Sequence record: NC_048173.1
DNA: 64,000 nt
Direction: 5' to 3' (one strand)
This document shows, piece by piece, positions 46,280-56,382 of the stretch; within the stretch, counting starts at the first letter, position 1, and every line of letters begins with the position of its first letter. The position numbers and the translations under genes were made by a program. Under the pieces are notes generated by a model. That model did not search any database. It saw only the letters and a list, made by a program, of their open reading frames with translations, and was not told the origin of the DNA.

Positions 46280-49194
46280 TGGTCGTGACGGTTGTAGCTA
46301 ATCACCACATCGTCTTTCAGACCGATGCTGCCATCCGGTTCGATTTCCAGCTTCTTACCGAGGGTAGCACGGGCGGCTGGGCTGAGTACCGTAAAGATAC
46401 GCATGTCTTTGTCGACACCCATTCCTTCCATCTCCGCGGTGATAATCGACGCTTTCAGTGCACTCTTCAACTCTTCGGTCAAGTCGGAGGTGGACACTGT
46501 CATGTTCGATGCCAACCAGTTGGTAATCACCAGACGGGTCTGCTCACGAATTGCTTTGATGAGGTCGCTGTTCTGACGACTCGCCGCGGTGAGGTAGTAG
46601 TTGACACTGAAGCGGTTCTCGGCTTTGATAGGTGCAACCGTACCATCGCCCAACCGTGCATCAATGTAGCCCATCGTGGTTTGTGGAATGTAGTAACCGG
46701 TGGTACGCTCCAGCAATTCTTTCTGAATCTTCGGCACGACTTCGGTAACTTGTTCCACCACATAGGCAGCCACACTCTCACGGTAGGCCCTGACCTCTTT
46801 CGTGGTCGAGAACAGATAGCGAGCATCAAAGACCCCCATCTCACAACGGAAACGGACTTTACGCGGTTCAGCGATAATCGACTTCCCGTACGCATCCTTC
46901 ACCAGCGACCCAGCTTTAAAGCGAATCTTCTGCTCGCCAGTCAGTTCGTCAATTACCGGGTCACCCTTACGGTGCTTGTACTGGAAGATAATCGGCGGGT
47001 CTTGCGTTTCGTCGATGGTGTACAAAGGCACACCGCCAGCATCACGCTCCAAGACATCCTGATCCCATACCGCTTTCACGTCCTGTGAATAACGCAGGTA
47101 GTTAATGGAATCCGTCACCGGACGCGACTTACACCAGTATGCAGTCAAGGCTTTACCCAAGACCAGCTCCAGCGTTTCGTGCGTCACTCCGATAGCATCG
47201 CGTGTTGGCGGAGTAATCAACGTATCCAGTTCAGCCCGTTCGTAATCCCGAGGGAAGTAGTTCGAGCAGCCGTAGAACACGTTCATGTCCACGTTCAACG
47301 CCATTGGCAACAGCAGGGTATTATCGCCGACCTTGAAGTTCGTCATGATCATCTCATCGTTACGGTCAACGTCAAGATTGGTTTCTAAGTCGAACTCAAA
47401 GACACGCTCATCGTCGAGATACCCAACCAACGTCCCGTTCACGTACGCCCGGTCAGCCGCATAGCCACGTGGGACAAACGAGATTTGTGCCCAACACTGG
47501 TCATCAGCCAACGCTTTATACGCAACCGACGAGCGGGTGATAACACGCAGCTTATAGCCTTCTTCAGTACGCACCACTTCGTAATTACCGGTAACAACCT
47601 GCAATTCGGTTTTCGAGTTGGTGGTCATGAAGCGCTTGGAGGCAATCTCCGGTTTTGCCAGATGATACACACGCACACTTAATGCATCGTTGTTACGGTC
47701 CGCCACGTAATGGAACGGGGTGTAGTAGTAACTGGACGCATTCGCGGCCGCCACCAAATCCCGGTTGGTCAGGAAACGCTGCCCTTCCGTCATGGTCGGG
47801 TCAACCACCAAGCCCGTACCGTCACTCCGATAAATAGTTTCCGGCAGGATAGTTGCCCGGTTGCCATTAAAGCGTACAGTGGACAGGTTTTCGAGTTCTT
47901 CCCAACTGAAGTACAGCGGGGCAGACAGCGTACCGATCGGTGAACTGACTTCCTTCAGGGTCGACTCCGGCATCGACGAGGACAAGTGATACGTCCGGGA
48001 CGTCACAAAGTCAATCGGCTTCGTCAGGCTCAGGCCATACAGTGCATCGGCAGCGGACTCGAGCTGCACTTCACTGATAGGGGCTTTACGGGCACCGATG
48101 GAGTTCGAGATAACGCGTTCGCGGAACTCTTCCAGTGACAATGGATTACGTCCACCGACCGTGACCGCCTGAGAGATGACACGACGCACGGAGAGCGATT
48201 TAAACGGGTTAGAGTAGTTCTCATCCGTCTCTTCGTTCAAGTCCGCCATGTACAGCTGGAAGTCGTCTGCCAGATAGTTACCGAGGTCTAAGGACAACGG
48301 CCCTAACGTGGTGTAAACGTCCACACGAATATCACCGGTCACCAGCCCCGAGTTAATGTAGACCTCAGGAATCTTCACGGCTAATACATTCGAGCCCAAT
48401 TCCATTACCGCAGTCGGCACCGACGGGTCATAGACTTCTTTCGAGAAAGTCTGTGCCAGTTCTTTCCATTTATTGCCCGTGGCGCTGTTACGCATCCACG
48501 CTCGCGCATAAAAGAACTTGTTACTGAACGGGTAGGTACGTTTCCAACCGGTGTCTGGTAGGATAACGTCCGTGGCGGTGGTAATCGAATACTGCATCAT
48601 CGGGATTTTGATACGCAGTAAGTTCGTGCCCCCGTCCGAAGTGGTCAAGTCCCAGTCCAGCGCGTTGGTGTCGACCTCTTTCACCGGGTTATCCGGCTCC
48701 GTGACCCACAGCACTTCAAACGAGTCGAACGGCAGTACCTGAATCTCGATGGCGTATTGCATCGTGAAGGTATAGCCTGCCACTTTAACGTACGAGTCCC
48801 GGGGGATGATAATCCGTCGCGTCCCGGCGGTCTCCAGTGGCATGGCTTTGGTGCGCAAGGAGTCGACGTCCACGTACAACAGCATGTGGGTGGTCGATGG
48901 CTGGGCAAAGATGTCCACCGCATCTCGGTCAGACATGTGGCGGTACAAGTCTTCCCACGTGGTGGCCATCGACGGATACATCTTCGGTAATAACTGACGC
49001 ATCCCTTCGATGGACGAGTGGCCTAACATGACACCCATTTCAGCAATAAACGCGACCGGGTCAGTAGGGTCAGCTAAGGTCATCCCCGGCTTATTGACAG
49101 ACTGGCGTAACGTGTTTAACGACAGCATCTGCATCAATGCGGGGTTGTGCGCCACGGTGAGCACTTTACCTGCGAGGTCCTGAATCGTTTGCAT
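46270..49194 (-). CDS. Large virion protein, probable baseplate wedge (T4 gp6/gpJ-like)
   Basis: 974 aa; TVGGRNPLSLEEFRER resembles gpJ/gp6 GGxDxESxExxRxR. Confidence 0.6.
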   Translation of the reverse strand: MQTIQDLAGKVLTVAHNPALMQMLSLNTLRQSVNKPGMTLADPTDPVAFIAEMGVMLGHSSIEGMRQLLPKMYPSMATTWEDLYRHMSDRDAVDIFAQPSTTHMLLYVDVDSLRTKAMPLETAGTRRIIIPRDSYVKVAGYTFTMQYAIEIQVLPFDSFEVLWVTEPDNPVKEVDTNALDWDLTTSDGGTNLLRIKIPMMQYSITTATDVILPDTGWKRTYPFSNKFFYARAWMRNSATGNKWKELAQTFSKEVYDPSVPTAVMELGSNVLAVKIPEVYINSGLVTGDIRVDVYTTLGPLSLDLGNYLADDFQLYMADLNEETDENYSNPFKSLSVRRVISQAVTVGGRNPLSLEEFRERVISNSIGARKAPISEVQLESAADALYGLSLTKPIDFVTSRTYHLSSSMPESTLKEVSSPIGTLSAPLYFSWEELENLSTVRFNGNRATILPETIYRSDGTGLVVDPTMTEGQRFLTNRDLVAAANASSYYYTPFHYVADRNNDALSVRVYHLAKPEIASKRFMTTNSKTELQVVTGNYEVVRTEEGYKLRVITRSSVAYKALADDQCWAQISFVPRGYAADRAYVNGTLVGYLDDERVFEFDLETNLDVDRNDEMIMTNFKVGDNTLLLPMALNVDMNVFYGCSNYFPRDYERAELDTLITPPTRDAIGVTHETLELVLGKALTAYWCKSRPVTDSINYLRYSQDVKAVWDQDVLERDAGGVPLYTIDETQDPPIIFQYKHRKGDPVIDELTGEQKIRFKAGSLVKDAYGKSIIAEPRKVRFRCEMGVFDARYLFSTTKEVRAYRESVAAYVVEQVTEVVPKIQKELLERTTGYYIPQTTMGYIDARLGDGTVAPIKAENRFSVNYYLTAASRQNSDLIKAIREQTRLVITNWLASNMTVSTSDLTEELKSALKASIITAEMEGMGVDKDMRIFTVLSPAARATLGKKLEIEPDGSIGLKDDVVISYNRHDQKK

Positions 49195-50414
49195 TATAAA
49201 AGCCCTGCTTGTTTCAGCACGTATTCATAGTCGGTCTGGTAGACCCACCACGACAACTGCCGACGAATGGTATCGATACGAGGGTAGCCGTAATAGTTGA
49301 ACAGCGGCAACTCGTGCATTTCCAACTTACGCAAGAAGCTCGCGCCAATCGGCATGAACTCATCGTAGTTCGGGTCCGGAATCATGTCCGGGTTAAAGAT
49401 GGCGACCGTACGGTTAAACATGTCCATGTACAGCGGGTCGTCATAACGCGCCCCAATCATCTGCCAGTTAATGGTGATGGTGACGTCGTCACTTAATTGC
49501 GGTTTGGTGTTATCGACACTCGCCATGGCCCCGGCGTTGTTGTTGGTCGGCCACATGATGCACCCACAGGTGAAACGCTGAATGTTACCCAGCGAGTCGT
49601 AGTTAATGGTGTAGATGCGCGACTGGTAATCAATACGCCGTTGAATCGAGTTGATGATACGCGGCTTGAAGCGGCCTTTACGTACCCCCGCCATGTATTC
49701 CAACCACACCGTCATCATCTTCATAATCGGGTTACCGACCATGTTGTTAAAGGTGGTGGAACCGGAGTATGCGTAGTTCACTTCCCACGTGGAGTCGACA
49801 ATCCCCCACTGCTCACGTTCGATACCTTCGTTGGATAACCAGCTGTCAACCGAGTTGTCAGGCGGGCCAGAGAAGCTGACCAGCGACGAGCTGAGTAATG
49901 GTATGAAAGCCTGTAAATTGTCAAACGGCACTTCCGGGCGAAACGGTTTACCCAACATGGGTTCATCGTTGGCAGCAAAGCCAAATGGGAACAAGGGGTC
50001 AAGGGCCGCAAGGATGGAATAATCCAGCGACGCTGTGTCCTGCGCACACATATTCGCAAACCGTCGGGATTGTGAGATATTGTTGTAATCGAGGTTTAAA
50101 TCGGGCCTTACGATAAACGACACCCCGCCGTATTCGCGGTTCACGGGCAGTGGGTTGTTCGCCATCCTATGGTTGAACCCCATTAAGGGGTTAGTGAGCC
50201 TCTGAGCTGCTATCCCCATGCCCTTAGATAACCCGATACGGTTTTTCCACGTGGTCAATTCATCGTTGAGATTGTACGGAGTTACCGGGTTAGTGGTAGA
50301 CGTACGACTTTCTAAGTAACTCGCGAGAGACGGAATCTCTGCCCCTTCACCTGTGGCATCAGAGGTTTCTTTTCTTAACGCTTCAATCTCTGCCTGTTGT
50401 TTATAATCGGCCAT
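49194..50414 (-). CDS. Virion protein, probable tube-fold baseplate/tube initiator
   Basis: 406 aa beta-rich C-half; coupled to the wedge-like gene. Confidence 0.5.
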   Translation of the reverse strand: MADYKQQAEIEALRKETSDATGEGAEIPSLASYLESRTSTTNPVTPYNLNDELTTWKNRIGLSKGMGIAAQRLTNPLMGFNHRMANNPLPVNREYGGVSFIVRPDLNLDYNNISQSRRFANMCAQDTASLDYSILAALDPLFPFGFAANDEPMLGKPFRPEVPFDNLQAFIPLLSSSLVSFSGPPDNSVDSWLSNEGIEREQWGIVDSTWEVNYAYSGSTTFNNMVGNPIMKMMTVWLEYMAGVRKGRFKPRIINSIQRRIDYQSRIYTINYDSLGNIQRFTCGCIMWPTNNNAGAMASVDNTKPQLSDDVTITINWQMIGARYDDPLYMDMFNRTVAIFNPDMIPDPNYDEFMPIGASFLRKLEMHELPLFNYYGYPRIDTIRRQLSWWVYQTDYEYVLKQAGLL

Positions 50415-50436
50415 TTTTCAACTCCGGAGTTAAAAA
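50415..50436. promoter_or_regulatory. Palindrome TTTTCAACTCCGGAGTTAAAAA giving a GGAG RBS to both divergent genes
   Basis: 22-nt inverted repeat with one mismatch between starts 50414(-) and 50436(+). Confidence 0.65.
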
Positions 50437-51584
50437 TGAAAAAAGATGTTGAGACAACACTTGTCTCTTTCTTAACCAAGTTCCCTGATTTCATCAGGCA
50501 GCGCCATGATAGCCTCGAAGAGTTCAATGCGCAGCTGTATAACGAATATCTGACCATGGTCGAACAATCGTTGTCCTCGCTGGACTATCTGCCGGGCATT
50601 CTGGACACTATTCAGGTTCTGCTCGCGGGCAACCAGTTAACGGCAATATCACTGCTGGTCGGTGTGCCTGATGTCGATATCGTGGGGACGCTGGATAAGA
50701 TTTCTACTAAGCGCTCACCGCTTGACGCGGCCGCTCGTACCGGTTCACGCTTAGGTGCAGCTTTCGCCGCTGGTGAATCGACCCGTCTGGGACTGCCGTC
50801 ATACGATAAACTCATCCCTGCGGTTGAGTCCATTCGTGGCGTTCGCCGCGTTGCTCGTGAGTCCACCGAGAACGTGGAAGACATCCTGATGGGCGGTGAT
50901 AAAACCGCTAACATGGGTATCGGTAAAGACGCACTGAAACAGATTAACGACATGGACAAACTGTCCACCGGTAAGATGTTCTCTTGTGTGTTTGAGCGTG
51001 ACGGTAACAAAGCAGAGCTGATGCTGCGTCTGCGTCTGGCCGTTAAGTCTGCCCCGACCGCGGCAATGCGTACCTTCATCGCCTTCAGCGACCAAACCAA
51101 AACCTTCTCCGAGCGCTGGATTAAAGCGAGCGTCGGTCAGTTGGGTTATGCCAAAGACATCTTCTTCTCCAACGACCTGATTGATGAGTACCGTAAAAAC
51201 CGCTATCGCGATAAAACCGGCTACTACAAACAGCTCATGGAACGTCGCAACGGTAACTGGCTGTCGGGTCTGCTGAGCTTCTCCCCGTCCATCAACAACG
51301 CCTCCGCGGTCATGATTGTGTCCCGCGACACCCTTGACAGCCTGCAGGCCGAGATGGGCGGTGACTTCGATGACTACAACGTGCGCAAGCGCGTATTCGA
51401 AGATACGCTGACTGTGTACTTCGTGGTTATCGATACCCAGTGGAACCGCGTGGTGATTTATACCCGTGGTATGGACGGTTCTATGGAACTGGACAAATCG
51501 GACTTCGTGAAATCCAAGTCTGGCGGCTCGAACGTCAACTCGATTATCGAAGCATATCGTTCTGGCGCACAACCGACACTGTAA
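50436..51584 (+). CDS. Internal head protein (SPN3US gp50 position)
   Basis: ATG 50436 with GGAG RBS; AVESIR and ARES motifs. Confidence 0.7.
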   Translation: MKKDVETTLVSFLTKFPDFIRQRHDSLEEFNAQLYNEYLTMVEQSLSSLDYLPGILDTIQVLLAGNQLTAISLLVGVPDVDIVGTLDKISTKRSPLDAAARTGSRLGAAFAAGESTRLGLPSYDKLIPAVESIRGVRRVARESTENVEDILMGGDKTANMGIGKDALKQINDMDKLSTGKMFSCVFERDGNKAELMLRLRLAVKSAPTAAMRTFIAFSDQTKTFSERWIKASVGQLGYAKDIFFSNDLIDEYRKNRYRDKTGYYKQLMERRNGNWLSGLLSFSPSINNASAVMIVSRDTLDSLQAEMGGDFDDYNVRKRVFEDTLTVYFVVIDTQWNRVVIYTRGMDGSMELDKSDFVKSKSGGSNVNSIIEAYRSGAQPTL

Positions 51585-51594
51585 GGGCGGTGAA

Positions 51595-52515
51595 ATGAAC
51601 ATTACCAACGTATTAGGTACTATGCTGCCGAGCTTTGAAAGCTCGCAGTTGAAAGACAGTGTGCGTGATAACGCCAACGCCATCACCAACGATTTGCTGC
51701 CGCAGTATCAAACGCTGCGTGAAGTCATCGGTACCGACTTCAAATCGAGCGACGTCAAAAAGATGTCGAAAGAGATTACCGGGTATCTGCACGACACGAA
51801 ACTCGAACTGAAGAGCCTGCACAATCCGACCATGGTCGATTACATTATCGAAGTCATGAAAAACATCGGTACGTTGCAGGGCTTCCTTATCGAACGTATC
51901 GATGCGGACATCGGCAAAAAGGTGATGACGGCGCAACTGTCATTTAACAAACAAACGCTGCTGCACCTGATTGACCTGATTGAGTTCTACGGTCAGTACA
52001 CCGCGACGTTGATTAACTGGCTGACGCACGAAGAGCTGCAGGCCGTTGACACCAACATCAAAACGCAGGGTGTGGCCCCAACCGATCTGAAATACCTGCA
52101 GATGCGTATGGCGACCTTCGGGGTGGCAACGCGTATTCTCGGTACGCCGGTCAACAAACTGAAAGCGGACTACGGTGAAATTCCGGACGCCATGTTCACA
52201 GAAGAAACCTTCTATGAGCTGACTCGTGCGTTTGGGCAGGACAAGACTGACCCGATGGGGATGTCGTCTGTGCCGTTCCCGCTGTCGGTTATCTACCGCA
52301 TCCGTATGAACATCGCAGAACGTCAGATGGACCATCTGGACGAGCTGAATGCGGCTGCGAAGGCCACTGAACTGCGTCTGATGCTTTACCGTCGTCAAGC
52401 TGTTGACGGTACGGGCGATGCGTACACTGAAGACCTCATTGAAGCACAAGAGAAACGTTTAAACGATCTCAAGTACAAACGTGAGCGTCTGGAGAAGAAG
52501 TATGGATTACAGTAA
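51595..52515 (+). CDS. Internal head protein (SPN3US gp51 position)
   Basis: 306 aa helical; head-gene cluster. Confidence 0.65.
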   Translation: MNITNVLGTMLPSFESSQLKDSVRDNANAITNDLLPQYQTLREVIGTDFKSSDVKKMSKEITGYLHDTKLELKSLHNPTMVDYIIEVMKNIGTLQGFLIERIDADIGKKVMTAQLSFNKQTLLHLIDLIEFYGQYTATLINWLTHEELQAVDTNIKTQGVAPTDLKYLQMRMATFGVATRILGTPVNKLKADYGEIPDAMFTEETFYELTRAFGQDKTDPMGMSSVPFPLSVIYRIRMNIAERQMDHLDELNAAAKATELRLMLYRRQAVDGTGDAYTEDLIEAQEKRLNDLKYKRERLEKKYGLQ

Positions 52516-53044
52516 AGCAGTCCGCGTGATTGACGATTATATGGATAAGCTGCAGAAGCATCCCATCATGGTGCATGATGACGAGGTTATCCATAACGTT
52601 TTAGCCGCTGCTGCCGTTGTTCTCCCGCGCTTCAAACTGATGTGTGTTGAAACAGTGCAGCGCGTATTATATGACGACTTCAAACAGTTAGGGTATACGT
52701 TCAATGCGTTTTATAATGAAACCATTGCATTCGTCCTTGACGGTAAACGTCGTCAGTCAGGAACAGGCAGCTACGCGTCGATTATTCAGGCTTACCTGAA
52801 TGACATCACCAGCACCGTTCACGCCGACGATTTCGGCAGTTTGGGTGCGGCGATTTTAAACTCGACGTTTGGCCGGTCAGGAACGGTACGTTCAATGGGT
52901 CCGATGGATCGCTCAATAGAGCCGGACACTCGCGCATTATCTTATGCAGACCACGAATTACTGGCACAATGGATTACGCGTGTAAACGGTCTCTCCGACA
53001 TGGTTACATCGTTATCCGTTTTCTTGAAGATCGCACGTCCCTAA
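52502..53044 (+). CDS. Head-cluster protein (SPN3US gp52 position)
   Basis: ATG 52502 with GGAG RBS. Confidence 0.65.
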   Translation: MDYSKAVRVIDDYMDKLQKHPIMVHDDEVIHNVLAAAAVVLPRFKLMCVETVQRVLYDDFKQLGYTFNAFYNETIAFVLDGKRRQSGTGSYASIIQAYLNDITSTVHADDFGSLGAAILNSTFGRSGTVRSMGPMDRSIEPDTRALSYADHELLAQWITRVNGLSDMVTSLSVFLKIARP

Positions 53045-53103
53045 GGGGGCCCCTTTCTAGGGGCGTGTAGTTTACTTTGGTTAACCAAACAGGAACCACA
53101 AAT

Positions 53104-54399
53104 ATGAACTTTATGCAAAAACGGGCAGCTCGTGAGTCTATTGAAGACGGCGCTACCGACGCAGGTATCAGCAACATCTCTACCGGCGAAGACAACCTGG
53201 ACGTACAGCTGGCCGAAGTTGCTCCGCTGGACCAACAGATGGATCAGCTGGCTGGCGACGGTGAAGTTCTGGCTGCCGATACCGAACGTACCGAAGCTGC
53301 GATCGACACTGCTGAAGAAGCACTGTCCGCTGGCGAAGAACTGCCAGAAGAAGAACTGGCTCCGGCCATCGTTGCGGGTGAAAGCATCCGTCGTCGCTGG
53401 AAACTGGAAACCCCACAGGTCGCCCGTGAAAGCTTCCGCCGTGGTCGTGGTCTGACCCGTTCCGCCTGCGAAGGCTGGAAAGAGAACCTGAAAAAACTGT
53501 GGCAGGCATTCATCGAAATGGTGAAAACTGTTATCCGCAAAGCGAAAGAGCTGAAGCTGAAATATTTCAACGTCGGCAAATCTGCGGTTAAGCGTGCCAA
53601 AGCGTACGAAGAGAAACTCAAAAAGCTGGGCAGCAAAAAGCAGAAAGACGAAATCTCTGGTAGCTTCGTTGACAAACTGTCGGTCGAAGGTAAATTCGAT
53701 CCTGACCAGTCTGCTTCTATCGCTAAAGACGCAACCTCTGGCAAAGCCAAAGGTGCAATCAGCAAACTGGCTGCGCAGGCTGACAGAGCAGCGCTGTTCG
53801 TTGTTTCCGCTTCTGACGGCGGCGATGCATCCTTCTCTGACCCGGCCGGTGCTGGTGTAGAGCTGTTCGGTACTGCTGGTACCAAACTGCGCGTTCTGCC
53901 GCAGTTCGACGATGCTTCCGGTATCGACAAAATGCAGACCATCATGGCCCTGCCGGGCAACGCCTATATCCAGACCGCTTCTAAAACTCTGGCGATCAAA
54001 GATGGCGAAGCAACCCTGCAGGTTGTTGCGTTTACCACTACTGGTGATGCGAACGATGAGAAAAACGTTCCGACTCCGGATGCTGGCAAACTGCGCGCTG
54101 CAACCTCCAGCCTGAAAGCGATCGGCGAAAACTTCGAGAAAGTCCTGAAAGACTTCGACGCTTACGACCGTGAACTGGAAAAACTGGAGAAAGCTGCGGA
54201 CAAAGCGTCTAAAGCGTTCGATAAAGCGACCGAAGACGGCGACCGCACTCTGCTGTCTAACGCACGTACCGTCGCTGATCAGGCGGTTCGTAACTATCAG
54301 GCTCTGAACCGTGGCGTACAGCACGTAGGTCGTACTGTTATCGCTGGCCTGTCTGGTTACATCGGTGCTGGTATCGGCGCATACGGCAACAGCAAGTAA
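53104..54399 (+). CDS. Abundant head ejection protein, SPN3US gp53-like (paralog of next gene)
   Basis: Acidic propeptide with ARE-S/AGE-S/ACE sites; strong codon bias. Confidence 0.8.
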   Translation: MNFMQKRAARESIEDGATDAGISNISTGEDNLDVQLAEVAPLDQQMDQLAGDGEVLAADTERTEAAIDTAEEALSAGEELPEEELAPAIVAGESIRRRWKLETPQVARESFRRGRGLTRSACEGWKENLKKLWQAFIEMVKTVIRKAKELKLKYFNVGKSAVKRAKAYEEKLKKLGSKKQKDEISGSFVDKLSVEGKFDPDQSASIAKDATSGKAKGAISKLAAQADRAALFVVSASDGGDASFSDPAGAGVELFGTAGTKLRVLPQFDDASGIDKMQTIMALPGNAYIQTASKTLAIKDGEATLQVVAFTTTGDANDEKNVPTPDAGKLRAATSSLKAIGENFEKVLKDFDAYDRELEKLEKAADKASKAFDKATEDGDRTLLSNARTVADQAVRNYQALNRGVQHVGRTVIAGLSGYIGAGIGAYGNSK

Positions 54400-54470
54400 T
54401 TGCTGCGCTGTTAAGATAACCGTCCAACTTCATTAATGAGGGGCCATGTGGCCCCTTAGAGGAATCGATA

Positions 54471-55739
54471 ATGAACTTTATGCAACAACGTGCTGCGCGC
54501 GAATCTATCGCTGACGACATCATCCTGGTTGACGCAGTTGACCTGCCTCAGGATTCTGTTGAAGGTATCCTGGCCGACGTACAGTCTGACACCAAGCAAA
54601 TCGACAGCCTCGACGCTGACGGTCAGCTGATGGCAGAAGATGGCGACGAAACCGAAGCACAGCTGTCTGTGCTGGACGAAGCTCAGGCTGCGGCCGATGG
54701 CGAAACTCCGGAAGACGGTTCTGATCCGATGGAAGCGGACGAAGACATGAGCGAAGATGCTGCGGAAGCGGTTGAAGTGGCTCAGGAGTCTATCCGTCGT
54801 CGCTGGTTCCCGAACAAACCTTCTGTAGCGCGCGAAAGCTTCGGTGCCCAGCACCGTCGTACCGCGGTCCGCGAAAGCCTGTGGGATACCATCAAGCAGT
54901 TCCTGAAGAATGCGATCGAGTGGCTGAAAGCCCAGTACCGTAAACTGAAAGACCGCTGGCTGAAATTCAGCAACAAAGGCAAATCCATCCAGAAAAAATC
55001 CAAAGCTTTCGATGCAGCGATCCGTAAACTGGGCGCTAAGAAGAAAGACGAAGTTTCTGGCGCCTTTGTCAAACAGCTGTCTCTGGGTAAAGCGTTCAAA
55101 GGTAACGACACTGGCGTGCTGAGCCACGAGCTGGGCCGCGTGACCGGCTTCCAGGCATTCCAGACTGGCGTGCTGGACGAAGTGACCAAACTGGTTGACT
55201 CCGTTGCCGCTGCTGGCGCGAATGCGGTTGCTGTTACCGCTATCATGGATCAGGTCAGCAAAGAAGCTGAGAAAGCAACCTCTGACAACGCTTCCATCAT
55301 CGGTGGCAAGTTCGTTAAGGTTGAGAACTCTGAGTCTGACGCTGAAATGGCAACCGTCTCACTGATCGACGACGAAGCCGAAGCTGAATCCGAAGTTCCG
55401 ACTCCGACCATTCAGCAGCTGAACTCCATCAACACCTTCTTCAACAAGCTGGGCATCGAGATCGAGAAACGCGTTAAAGCGTATCACGCTAACGAACAGA
55501 AAGCTGAAAAATACCGTACTGGTATTGAGAAGGTTCTGCGTAAAGTTGACAACATCAAAGTCGGTGAAGACAAAGAACTGACTGAAGCTGTGCGTCAGCT
55601 GCGCGTCGCGGTCAACGGTTGTAACTCTATGGTTTCCTTCGTTGAGCGTGTTTCTGCACACGTACTGTCTACCCTGACTGCCGGTACTAACGGCTATCTG
55701 GCTGCCGGTATCGCTGCGTACGACAAATCCAAAAGCTAA
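54471..55739 (+). CDS. Abundant head ejection protein, SPN3US gp54-like
   Basis: Same MNFMQxRAARESI start and AQESIRRRW...ARES motif as upstream paralog. Confidence 0.8.
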   Translation: MNFMQQRAARESIADDIILVDAVDLPQDSVEGILADVQSDTKQIDSLDADGQLMAEDGDETEAQLSVLDEAQAAADGETPEDGSDPMEADEDMSEDAAEAVEVAQESIRRRWFPNKPSVARESFGAQHRRTAVRESLWDTIKQFLKNAIEWLKAQYRKLKDRWLKFSNKGKSIQKKSKAFDAAIRKLGAKKKDEVSGAFVKQLSLGKAFKGNDTGVLSHELGRVTGFQAFQTGVLDEVTKLVDSVAAAGANAVAVTAIMDQVSKEAEKATSDNASIIGGKFVKVENSESDAEMATVSLIDDEAEAESEVPTPTIQQLNSINTFFNKLGIEIEKRVKAYHANEQKAEKYRTGIEKVLRKVDNIKVGEDKELTEAVRQLRVAVNGCNSMVSFVERVSAHVLSTLTAGTNGYLAAGIAAYDKSKS

Positions 55740-55762
55740 TCATTGATTGGCCGATGGTGAGT

Positions 55763-55794
55763 AAAGGGGCCTTCGGGCCCCTTTTCTTTTTTTT
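55763..55794 (+). terminator. Intrinsic terminator (AAAGGGGCC-TTCG-GGCCCCTTT)
   Basis: 9-bp stem, long T run. Confidence 0.9.
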
Positions 55795-55806
55795 AATTTT
55801 TTACGG

Positions 55807-55818
55807 ATATATGTCATC
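55807..55818 (+). promoter_or_regulatory. Candidate early promoter ATATATGTCATC
   Basis: 11/12 match to copies at 23094 and 28351. Confidence 0.5.
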
Positions 55819-55893
55819 TTAATGACCGGTATTTAGAATATCGGACGTTCTCGCCTATAGACGCATTCTCAAAAACTGCTGTGGAGTAATCAC

Positions 55894-56355
55894 ATGACCG
55901 TTGTTAAAGTTTCTCTTGACGAGTACGAAACTAAACATTGCATCGAAGACATCACCGAACATTATTTCGTGAAAGGTGATAACCGCTACTACGTATCTAC
56001 CGAAGAGCATTTGGCAATACTGACGTGGTACCGTCAATGCCGTGCGTTGCATGAACACGATTTAGATGAGGTTGGTTTACTTCTCATGCAACCGGTGGGT
56101 GACGACTACTTGTATCTCTACGTCACTCCGGGGGATTTAGAAAAACTAGACCGTCTCAACATTCAAACACGTGGCTACTCGCTTTACGGTGAAGACGACA
56201 CGTCTATCCGTCTAGTTAACACGGCGTCCGGTACATCATTACGCTACCGTGGACTTGCCACATGTTTAGTAGGCCAGACCCATTTAGGTGCATTCTGTTA
56301 TCGCCCTTCTTCTCCACGTGCCGTACAAGATATCGACCCAGCTTTACTTAAATAA
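55894..56355 (+). CDS. Hypothetical accessory protein
   Basis: 153 aa, GGAG RBS. Confidence 0.75.
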   Translation: MTVVKVSLDEYETKHCIEDITEHYFVKGDNRYYVSTEEHLAILTWYRQCRALHEHDLDEVGLLLMQPVGDDYLYLYVTPGDLEKLDRLNIQTRGYSLYGEDDTSIRLVNTASGTSLRYRGLATCLVGQTHLGAFCYRPSSPRAVQDIDPALLK

Positions 56356-56382
56356 TCAATACACTATCCTGAGGAATCATTC

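Noticed and set aside
50799-52449. 296-aa and 169-aa minus-strand ORFs
   Set aside because: Antisense to head genes; no RBS; unprotein-like composition.
53041-54324. 427-aa minus-strand ORF
   Set aside because: Antisense shadow of the highly biased gp53-like gene; avoidance of TTA/CTA/TCA codons keeps the reverse frame open.
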